Virus record (IMG/VR): IMGVR_UViG_3300013800_000001
Span: 86,065-99,376 of that record
Reading direction: 5' to 3' (one strand)
DNA: 13,312 nt
DNA from: a virus
Taxonomy: Duplodnaviria > Heunggongvirae > Uroviricota > Caudoviricetes
Positions within the stretch are counted from its first letter, which is position 1, and each line of letters opens with the position of its first letter. The translations under genes and the position numbers were made by a program. Below are positions 1 to 7,155 of the stretch, piece by piece. The notes under the pieces are model-generated. The model searched no databases, was not told the DNA's origin, and saw only the letters and a program-made list of their open reading frames with translations.

Positions 1-998
1 ACTGGCTCTAGAATAGTGATAGCGCTCTCATCAGCACCAACGAGCTTGAAGGTATCATATTGTTTAACATCCCTACCTATAGTAGTTCCATTAGATATCC
101 AACGATATTGCTTTTCACCGGTATATGTTCCAGATACCCATATTTCATCAGATGAAAGAAATGATGAATATCCAGGTTCAAAAGCTACATTACCTGAGGC
201 TGCCGTAATACTAGTCTCAGTCATTGAGCTGATTGTTATTGTAGCTATTTTAAGGCTACCCCTATACACCTCATAAGAGTTCATTCCACTAGCCAAATAA
301 AAGTACTTGCTGTCAGTAACAGGAATAACCCAGTTGCCACTCACGGCAGCAGTCAAGTCACCGTCTATGAGCGCAATAATCCCAAGTGGGTATGAGGAAC
401 GAAGGATGGTAGTTTTATAGCGATTATTCAATGAATCAACATAATCTGCTAAATATATTCTACTTCTATAAAAAGCCACTTTTCTGGCCTTTGGGCTATT
501 GTAAAGTGATCCAGCTACTGCTGAAGTTACCATTGATGTCGTTCCACTAATAGCACTGGTAAGCATTCTATTCGGGTCTGATCCGTTTACCATCACTAGG
601 TCTCCATCTACATTAGCAAAATCAACATTGCTTAAAGAAAGTCCCAATGCGTAGTCATTATCTACATATGTCCACTCGTCATTCTGATTCAGATAGTAGA
701 TATTGGCACTCACTCCGTCTACAGAAGAAACTCTAATAAGCCCTTTGCTAAGAGTTCCTCCATCTTCAAAGTAAACAAGCCCGTAATTCCCGGTAGTAAA
801 AAAAGAGTTTCCCTCGAAATCAGTTCCAACAACTTCTTGTCCCTGTCTTTTATCTAAGGCACCGATAACATTAGCTCTGACGTTTTCAGCGTGAGCCAGC
901 TCTGTCTTTTTAGCAATAGTCAGCTGAACAGTGCTGTTTATTCCTTCAAAGTGCGCAATTGAAAGGCGCTTCTGTTGTGTACCTGCTTCTTTTGCCAT
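1..998 (-). CDS. Phage nozzle / DNA-stabilisation protein (P22 gp10 / T7 gp12 tail tubular B-like); partial, runs off the left edge
   Basis: Not in the ORF track. Manual translation from ATG at 998 is open for 332 codons to the window edge: MAKEAGTQQKRLSIAHFEGINSTVQLTIAKKTELAHAENVRANVIGALDKRQGQEVVG... The F-x-G-x-N...EN-x-R...G-x-L-x-K-R-x-G start is typical of this family, followed by beta-propeller-like segments (e.g. VAFYRSRIYLAD). It lies directly downstream of the adaptor-like gene. Confidence 0.75.
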   Translation of the reverse strand, partial: MAKEAGTQQKRLSIAHFEGINSTVQLTIAKKTELAHAENVRANVIGALDKRQGQEVVGTDFEGNSFFTTGNYGLVYFEDGGTLSKGLIRVSSVDGVSANIYYLNQNDEWTYVDNDYALGLSLSNVDFANVDGDLVMVNGSDPNRMLTSAISGTTSMVTSAVAGSLYNSPKARKVAFYRSRIYLADYVDSLNNRYKTTILRSSYPLGIIALIDGDLTAAVSGNWVIPVTDSKYFYLASGMNSYEVYRGSLKIATITISSMTETSITAASGNVAFEPGYSSFLSSDEIWVSGTYTGEKQYRWISNGTTIGRDVKQYDTFKLVGADESAITILEP

Positions 999-1003
999 TT
1001 GTT

Positions 1004-2149
1004 TTATGCGTTAGCATGTGGTGATATATCCCAGGTATCTAGGTTAGCATTTCTCTTCACAGCAGCCTGGATATAAAGGTCTGTTGAGTTTTTGAATGAC
1101 TGATAATAAGCAGTCGCTAATGGATTATTGAACTTGAGACATGCTCGATACATCATCCAGTCTTTTATGCTGTAGAAAGCATTATCTGGAAGATCAATAT
1201 ATGTACTCAAGCTAGTCACTCTACTGGCCTTAGCTCTATATGTATATGAATATGTTGTTCCAGTGCTTCCTGGAGTTGGTGTTAGCCCAAGGTATCTTCC
1301 ACGTAGATAATAGTTTGTACTTGTAGGATTCAAGCCATTTCTCGTCATTGTTTGAGAGACTGGAGTGAAATCTATTGGATAACCAGAGCCATCTACTATT
1401 TCTACTATTTCTGAGAAATCATCAGGAAGTATATATTCTGACTGACCCGAAACTGTTGTCAGTGTCTGAGGTGAAGAAACTGTATACTCTACGTTAGTAA
1501 GATTCAGTTTATTCTTTATTACGGCCAATCCTTCGTTTAGCCATGAAAACTTATCGTTCATTGTGATAAGCTTCAGTTCATTGGTATTAAGGCTACTTTC
1601 GAAATCAAGGAATACCTGCTGAGCTGTATTAAGATTAAAACCAACATATGGGATAGGGTTTGACTCTTGTGACGTTTCACCGGTAAGAGCATTTCTATAC
1701 ATGAACCAACCAAATCCTGTTGAGTGATCAGGGTCAGAATATGTGCTGTAAAAAGAAGAAGGGTCAAGTGTTGTCCAGTCTGTTAAAGGATCACTGTCAC
1801 TGAACGTTGGGTTCTCATCAGCGATGGTTCCAGTTGCTGCTGTCCAGAAAAAACGTATTTGATCAAACTGCAAAACAGTCACTCTCGTGCTTTCAGAGTG
1901 AGGGTAAAATGTTGTAGTAGCAGCGTTCTGGGCAGTTCCAAAAGAAATAGTGGTTCCGCTTATAGAAAGCACTTTTAATATCTCTGTATTGGCTTGTCCC
2001 ATTTCTCCAATGAGAATAGGAGATGCTACTGAAAAAGGTTCAATATTGGCTACTTCAGCATCTGAAACAGCTGCCTGATAGTTATCTATCAAGTAAGAAA
2101 ACTTTGAACCGTTTGTTAATACGCGGTTATCCGCCCTGAGCGTAAGCAT
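1004..2149 (-). CDS. Phage head-tail adaptor (P22 gp4 / T7 gp11-like) with a ~170-aa N-terminal extension
   Basis: 381-aa ORF with AGGA ~9 nt upstream. The C-terminal ~210 aa show the adaptor pattern: WLNEGL, LTTVSGQSEYILPDDF, YYLRGRYLGLTPTP, YSYTY, IDLPD...IKDWMMYRACLK. Synteny with the nozzle gene supports the call. Confidence 0.75.
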   Translation of the reverse strand: MLTLRADNRVLTNGSKFSYLIDNYQAAVSDAEVANIEPFSVASPILIGEMGQANTEILKVLSISGTTISFGTAQNAATTTFYPHSESTRVTVLQFDQIRFFWTAATGTIADENPTFSDSDPLTDWTTLDPSSFYSTYSDPDHSTGFGWFMYRNALTGETSQESNPIPYVGFNLNTAQQVFLDFESSLNTNELKLITMNDKFSWLNEGLAVIKNKLNLTNVEYTVSSPQTLTTVSGQSEYILPDDFSEIVEIVDGSGYPIDFTPVSQTMTRNGLNPTSTNYYLRGRYLGLTPTPGSTGTTYSYTYRAKASRVTSLSTYIDLPDNAFYSIKDWMMYRACLKFNNPLATAYYQSFKNSTDLYIQAAVKRNANLDTWDISPHANA

Positions 2150-2180
2150 GGTTTTTCCTTTTTATGGATATAAAGAATAT

Positions 2181-2192
2181 TATCAAAGTCCT
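2181..2192 (-). promoter_or_regulatory. Repeated element copy 3 (AGGACTTTGATA, 12-bp core), candidate promoter/operator
   Basis: Overlaps the last codons and TGA stop of the 418-aa gene, 31 nt upstream of the adaptor ATG at 2149. It shares 13 bp (2181..2193) with copy 2. Confidence 0.4.
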
Positions 2193-3439
2193 CCTGACAT
2201 ATAGATATGAATACTGTCTCCCATAGGCTTTCCTACACTATATCCGTACCTATTGACTGTTTTTGAGAACTTTTCTGTTATTACAATGTTTTCTATGCAA
2301 GATATTGAGACAAATGGTATCACTATCTGTATGTCTTCTGAAACGGATATCGTGTCAAATAAGGCACTGATAGCATAAGGTATCAACACTAACAGCATAT
2401 TTTCAGATATGCTAACAGATTCAGATACTGATATAAGTACAGTTATCCCATCTAAAGTTGGTGTATCTATTACGGAAACCGTTTCAACCACCAACATAGA
2501 CATTGCTATATTAGCAGATATTGACTCTGTGATAGAAACAGAGTCAAAAACGCTTATATAAAGGATCGGAATAGACAAATTAACAGATTCCAGTACAGAA
2601 ACTGTATCGAATATTAAACTATTGCTAGCTACAGAGAGATTCAAATTCTCAGATACAGAAACAGTACTATTAACACTAGGAAGATCATTTACTACTACTG
2701 TTACTCCTTCGGTAACTGTAATAGCGTCATTTACGCTAGGTATGTAAGTAACTGTATATGTGAGCTGAACCTGTCCACGAGCACCAGCCCCACCGGAATC
2801 TTCTCCACCTCCACCTCCACCTCCAGGAGATCCAGCGTTTCCTCCTGCACCGTTGTTAGCACCACCCCCACCTCCACCTCCACCAAGAACGTTAGAACCT
2901 CCAGTTCCACCAGAACCAGCTCCTCCGGCTCCACCAGAACCGTTGTCACCAGCTCCTCCTGGACCAGCAGTGTCAGTACCATTACCTCCAGCCCCGTCTT
3001 TACCGGCACAACCTCCACCTCCACCATTTTGTCCTCCAGAACCACCTGTCCCAGCACCATCTCCTCCAGAAAACTTAGTATCACCAACACCTGAACCAGC
3101 TGCTCCTCCAGTTCCACCAGCTACACCAGAACCTGCGGCTCCGTTACCTCCACTTTTTGCCATCGAAAGGTTTGTTCCTGAAAAGTGAAAACGTGCATCA
3201 GCAACAGAACCAGCTGTAGGGACAACTACTGTATAAGTATTTCCAGGTACTACGGGGGTTGCGTTTACGACAGAATACCCACCACCACCACCACCAGAAC
3301 CGTTAGATCCACCACTAGGTGTTCCTCCTCCATCACCACCCTTACCTCCAGCTCCCCATGTTTCTGCTTTGACAAAGTAAACCCCATCGGGGCAAACCCA
3401 ACTTGTAGTGCCGGTACTGGTAAATAATTCTACAGTCAT
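2183..3439 (-). CDS. Putative fibre/decoration protein: glycine-rich (Gly_rich_2-type) head + 8 acidic V/S/T repeats + shared C-terminal cap
   Basis: 418 aa. N-terminus FTSTGTTSWVCPDGVYFVKAETWGAGG...GGGGGGYS...VVPGNTYTVVV...GAGARGQVQLTY is the typical phage glycine-rich domain. Aa 236-390 hold 20-22-aa repeats (VNDAITVTE, IFDTVSVLE...). C-terminal segment NRYGYSVGKPMGD. Confidence 0.7.
   Translation of the reverse strand: MTVELFTSTGTTSWVCPDGVYFVKAETWGAGGKGGDGGGTPSGGSNGSGGGGGGYSVVNATPVVPGNTYTVVVPTAGSVADARFHFSGTNLSMAKSGGNGAAGSGVAGGTGGAAGSGVGDTKFSGGDGAGTGGSGGQNGGGGGCAGKDGAGGNGTDTAGPGGAGDNGSGGAGGAGSGGTGGSNVLGGGGGGGGANNGAGGNAGSPGGGGGGGEDSGGAGARGQVQLTYTVTYIPSVNDAITVTEGVTVVVNDLPSVNSTVSVSENLNLSVASNSLIFDTVSVLESVNLSIPILYISVFDSVSITESISANIAMSMLVVETVSVIDTPTLDGITVLISVSESVSISENMLLVLIPYAISALFDTISVSEDIQIVIPFVSISCIENIVITEKFSKTVNRYGYSVGKPMGDSIHIYMSGGL
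2255..2734 (-). repeat. Coding tandem array of 8 units of the same repeat
   Basis: Aa 236-395 of the 418-aa protein, e.g. VNDAITVTE, IFDTVSVLE, VFDSVSITE, VSESVSISE. Confidence 0.85.
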
Positions 3440-3442
3440 ATC

Positions 3443-4600
3443 TTAATCTGCATCACCTATTAACTGATTGTGGCTTATTATAGTCCCTATTGGCCTATAT
3501 TCTGGAACATTGTAACCGTATATGTTTGTTACAAAAGAATAGCTTTCTGAGAGAGATATACTATCGTCTACTGAAATAAAAGAAACAATAGAAAGATGTA
3601 CATTTTCTGAAACGCTAACCGTTTCAAATGCATCAGCTCTTACAAGAATATCAAAGGTAATGTTTTCTGATACTGAAATATCCTCAACAGCAGTAAAAAC
3701 TGGCTGAGTAATAATTATGCTAGAAAAGTCTTCAGATACACTAATATCATCAAATACAAATATTCCTGATGAATTAGTTACAACGATGCTCTCAGTCACA
3801 GAAACCGATTCAGACACACTCAATACTAACTGCACTGCCAATGTTATATCTTCTGCAACTGACACAGAATCAAATACTGGTGTAGGGAGGCTGTAATCTA
3901 TTTGATTCGCCTCAGAAACGACAATACTGTCTGAAACACTAATTTTGAGAGAAGGAATTACTATTGTTACTAACTCAGTAACAGAGATATCATCTGAAAC
4001 ATCTACTAATGGATCGCCAGATGTAACACTGATAGTAATATCTTCCGCCACTGTTACTCCATCAAAAACACTTATATAAAGCGTAGGAATGACTACTGTG
4101 ACACTTTCTGTTATAGAAACGGCATCAAATATAGGCGAAGGAAGGCTGTAGTTAATCTGGATATCTTCAGATACCGTTATAGAATCATTAACAGATACAG
4201 GGAGTGGAATACTTAGAGATATATCTTCTGAAACGGATATCGATTCAAATACAAAAGCAGGAAGATATATGCTAAATGCTATATCTTCTGTTACTCCAAT
4301 AGAATCAGATACAGAAACAATAAGAGACGGTATTGTAAGGGTCGTACTTTCTGTTACAGTTATGGCGTCTGATACCGATACGGACACTGGTATATCAAGA
4401 GTAACGCTTTCAGTAACAGTAATTGAATCAAATACGTCAACCTGCAAACCAGTTACACCTGTTGGGTATATAGAGTGATAAGGTTCTCCATCAATCCAAA
4501 ACTGCATTTCTCCTCCATCGTTTCCAGCTTTTTGGACACCTTTAAAAGGCTCTCCATTAAGCCAAAATTGCATTTCTCCATTAGGATTTGAAGCCGCCAT
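3443..4600 (-). CDS. Putative virion fibre-like protein: GEMQFW tandem head + 15 acidic V/S/T repeats + shared C-terminal cap
   Basis: 385 aa. Two copies of GEMQFW[LI][ND]GEP[FY] at the N-terminus, 15 repeats from aa 56, and NIYGYNVPEYRPIGT near the C-terminus. Function inferred from context only. Confidence 0.6.
   Translation of the reverse strand: MAASNPNGEMQFWLNGEPFKGVQKAGNDGGEMQFWIDGEPYHSIYPTGVTGLQVDVFDSITVTESVTLDIPVSVSVSDAITVTESTTLTIPSLIVSVSDSIGVTEDIAFSIYLPAFVFESISVSEDISLSIPLPVSVNDSITVSEDIQINYSLPSPIFDAVSITESVTVVIPTLYISVFDGVTVAEDITISVTSGDPLVDVSDDISVTELVTIVIPSLKISVSDSIVVSEANQIDYSLPTPVFDSVSVAEDITLAVQLVLSVSESVSVTESIVVTNSSGIFVFDDISVSEDFSSIIITQPVFTAVEDISVSENITFDILVRADAFETVSVSENVHLSIVSFISVDDSISLSESYSFVTNIYGYNVPEYRPIGTIISHNQLIGDAD
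3527..4435 (-). repeat. Coding tandem array of 15 units of the same repeat
   Basis: Aa 56-358 of the 385-aa protein, e.g. VFDSITVTE, VSDAITVTE, VFESISVSE, VNDSITVSE. Confidence 0.9.
4188..4236. repeat. 49-bp direct repeat copy A (48/49 identical to 8099..8147)
   Basis: ttaacagatacagggagtggaatacttagagatatatcttctgaaacgg versus ttaacagatacaggaagtggaatacttagagatatatcttctgaaacgg. The single difference is synonymous (Leu CTC/CTT). Confidence 0.95.
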
Positions 4601-4603
4601 TAA

Positions 4604-7099
4604 CTATGCGACGCTAAATGAATCAACAAAGAGGTTTCCTGCTGTTCCATCGCAATCAACTATGAACTCTAATACACCATCATCCGTGACAGTTGCAGTG
4701 GTGCCAGTAAGAGCCTCCCATGCACCATCAGAAGCAGCCGTAGCTGTATCTAGAACGGTGTCTGCTGTAATACCCAGTGCGTCGTTTCTTTTCACTATCA
4801 AGCGAGCCCTAGCACCGTTATAAGATCCATCTTCGTAGACATAAACAGTAGGGGTGATTGATGCACCATCGGCTACTGCTACTTCAAATGTGTTTGTTTC
4901 AAGCTTTATAGAAGCACTAGCTGGTGTGAGTTTCATAGACTGAGACCCTGTATGGACAGTTCCAGTTTCAATAGTAATTGTTCCTGCTCTTTTTACAGTC
5001 TTATGCAATCCATCTGTTTGATCATGACGTTGTGAACCAATAAAACTTGATGTAGTCAGTTTTGTCTGTCCGGCTATTTCTGTGGCTGCAGCAAGTTTTG
5101 TATTTTTCAGTATCATTTGAACAGTACATACTCCAGATACATTTATATCGTTTGTGTGAGCTGTTTTAATACCAGTTACAGTTGAAAAGTCTCCATTAAC
5201 AATATTTAGACCGCTGACGTTATTTTGTACAGCACTACTAATAAGGATACCGTTTGTTGTTGCAAAGGAAGAGTCACCGCTACTAGTAACGTTTATAAAG
5301 TTTCCAGTAACAAGCGATGTACCGCTTGTTGCGAAACTGATATTAGCGGTTCCATTACCAAACAGTGTAAGCGTATCTATATTTATGTTTGAAACAGATG
5401 CCTGAAACAAAGCACCAATTGAGGCATTTCTCCATACAGTTAGTGTCCCCATTGTAACGTTAGAAGTTGCTCCAGCAATGTTTAATCCAGCTGATGCATT
5501 AGAGTGTGCAATATTTCCTGTATATGTACCACCAAAAGCATCAGAATTGGCTTCGTTAAGCAATATTCCGTTACCTGCACCACTACAAGCTGTATTATTT
5601 GTAAAAGTAATAGCCCCAACTTCAGCAAGAGAACATAAGTGAGAAGAGGTATTCAACATGAATATATTATTGTTGTAAGTCTGAGTACCAGTGGTGATTG
5701 AGGTTCCCAAGTGGAATGTGTTTATGTTATAACTAACATTATTTGAATAGGTAATACCAGTCCCTGATGCAGAAGAAACGTTAAAACCACGTGAGTTTGT
5801 CACTGAAAAATCGTGAAGAGAACAATATTCAAAAGAAATGCTTCCTGTAGTAGTAGCTACATCTATACCACGCTTGTTAGCGGTGGCTGAACCAAGCCAT
5901 TTGAACTCCGCCCAATCGCAGTCAACAACTGCTGTAGCTTTTATATCTACATACGCCTGCAATGAGGCGCTAGCTCCTTGCCAAAGAATGTTTCTAGTCA
6001 ACAGAATAACTTCTGCCTGAGTAGGAGATGTCCCAGAATGGGCGTTTGTAAGACCAACACTCACTGTCATATCTGAAGCATTGGCATTAGCATTAAGAGT
6101 TCTCTGCTCAGCCTGAGTGTTCGTCTGAGAGGTAGAAGAAATACCAATAACATCGCCAGATAGCCATCCAGTGTCTGTGTCTACACCAAGTGTCGTCTGA
6201 GCAGCTGCCTCATCAGTATTGAGTTTGCACCTGTCTATAAGTTTTCCTGATGTTCTAGAAAGTCCCTGACGGTTGCAAGTAAAGAGATTACGCATGGTAA
6301 AGCCATAATCTACGTTTGCTCCACAGTCAAAAGTCAATGCAAAACTTGAGTCACGTGGCATCGGTGTTCCAGTTGTTCCTTCATTCCACGTTCCACCAGA
6401 GTATCCAATAATAGAGTTAGATACCTTTAACAGGTATGCAGTAGCTGCTGTAGTGCCTATGCTGAGTGTTCCTTTATTACAGATGGCAATCCCAGGTTGG
6501 ATAAGCGAGTTTGCTGCTGTCGGAGCAGATCCAAAGTCAGTAGTAGCAGTATTATCCATCGTTACGGTAAATGAGTTTGATGTCCCTTGGCCGGTGTGCT
6601 CTCCAGCAATGATAATATCGTCTCCAGCTACTGGGGCGGAACTCGCATTAGTGCTAATAAAGTGTGACCATGTTGTACCTGAACTACTAAAAAGAGAAAC
6701 CTGGCTAGAAGAAGATGTTTTTACCTCAACTGTATATGATGTAGCAGCAGATAAAGCTACAGGTGAAGAAAACTTGAAGAATATCCACCCACCGTTTAGG
6801 TCAGCGGTAGCAGCAACTGGTAGGTCAGCGGTATCTATTGTGACAAGCGTACCGGTGACTTCTACACCAGCAACAGCCAAATGGGTGCTTAATGTACCTG
6901 TTGTACCTGTTCTTACAGACAATTTAAGGCCTATACCAGTGGCTGTAATAGCACCAGTTGTGGCTCCTGCTGAGGCGGTATATGTTGTTGTAACTACGCC
7001 AGTAGCTGCTTCACTGTTCACAAAAGACGTAGCATCTATGGTTTCCCAAGTGCCCGCTGTTGTCCAGTTTCCAGTAGCTCGGCTTAATACGACTGCCAT
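4604..7099 (-). CDS. Tailspike-like protein: G8-like domain, parallel beta-helix, C-terminal carbohydrate-binding-module-like jelly roll
   Basis: 831 aa. G8-associated motifs: GNWTTAGTW, PVAGDDIII, GWLSGDVIGISST...AEQR and HSG...AEVILLTRNI. Asn-rich beta-helix-like region (ITYSNNVSYNIN, TFTNNTACSGAGNGILL, YTGNIAHSNASAGLNI). C-terminal HTGSQSMKL...W...LFVDSFSV resembles CBM4/9-type domains. Confidence 0.65.
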   Translation of the reverse strand: MAVVLSRATGNWTTAGTWETIDATSFVNSEAATGVVTTTYTASAGATTGAITATGIGLKLSVRTGTTGTLSTHLAVAGVEVTGTLVTIDTADLPVAATADLNGGWIFFKFSSPVALSAATSYTVEVKTSSSSQVSLFSSSGTTWSHFISTNASSAPVAGDDIIIAGEHTGQGTSNSFTVTMDNTATTDFGSAPTAANSLIQPGIAICNKGTLSIGTTAATAYLLKVSNSIIGYSGGTWNEGTTGTPMPRDSSFALTFDCGANVDYGFTMRNLFTCNRQGLSRTSGKLIDRCKLNTDEAAAQTTLGVDTDTGWLSGDVIGISSTSQTNTQAEQRTLNANANASDMTVSVGLTNAHSGTSPTQAEVILLTRNILWQGASASLQAYVDIKATAVVDCDWAEFKWLGSATANKRGIDVATTTGSISFEYCSLHDFSVTNSRGFNVSSASGTGITYSNNVSYNINTFHLGTSITTGTQTYNNNIFMLNTSSHLCSLAEVGAITFTNNTACSGAGNGILLNEANSDAFGGTYTGNIAHSNASAGLNIAGATSNVTMGTLTVWRNASIGALFQASVSNINIDTLTLFGNGTANISFATSGTSLVTGNFINVTSSGDSSFATTNGILISSAVQNNVSGLNIVNGDFSTVTGIKTAHTNDINVSGVCTVQMILKNTKLAAATEIAGQTKLTTSSFIGSQRHDQTDGLHKTVKRAGTITIETGTVHTGSQSMKLTPASASIKLETNTFEVAVADGASITPTVYVYEDGSYNGARARLIVKRNDALGITADTVLDTATAASDGAWEALTGTTATVTDDGVLEFIVDCDGTAGNLFVDSFSVA

Positions 7100-7132
7100 A
7101 TTTTAGTGTGAAAAATGTAATATATCTAGAGG

Positions 7133-7149
7133 AAGCATATCAAAGTCCT
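7133..7149 (-). promoter_or_regulatory. Repeated element copy 2 (AGGACTTTGATATGCTT), candidate promoter/operator
   Basis: Lies in the 56-nt gap before the tailspike-like gene, 33 nt upstream of ATG 7099. Confidence 0.5.
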
Positions 7150-7155
7150 CAGGAG

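Noticed and set aside
16-276. Plus-strand 86-aa ORF
   Set aside because: Antisense shadow of the long open minus-strand nozzle-like frame (998 to the edge).
2731-3427. Alternative-frame and antisense ORFs (128 aa V/L/E-rich, 111 aa poly-Pro, 80 aa)
   Set aside because: Frame-shifted or complementary readings of GGT/GGA glycine codons; no independent signals.
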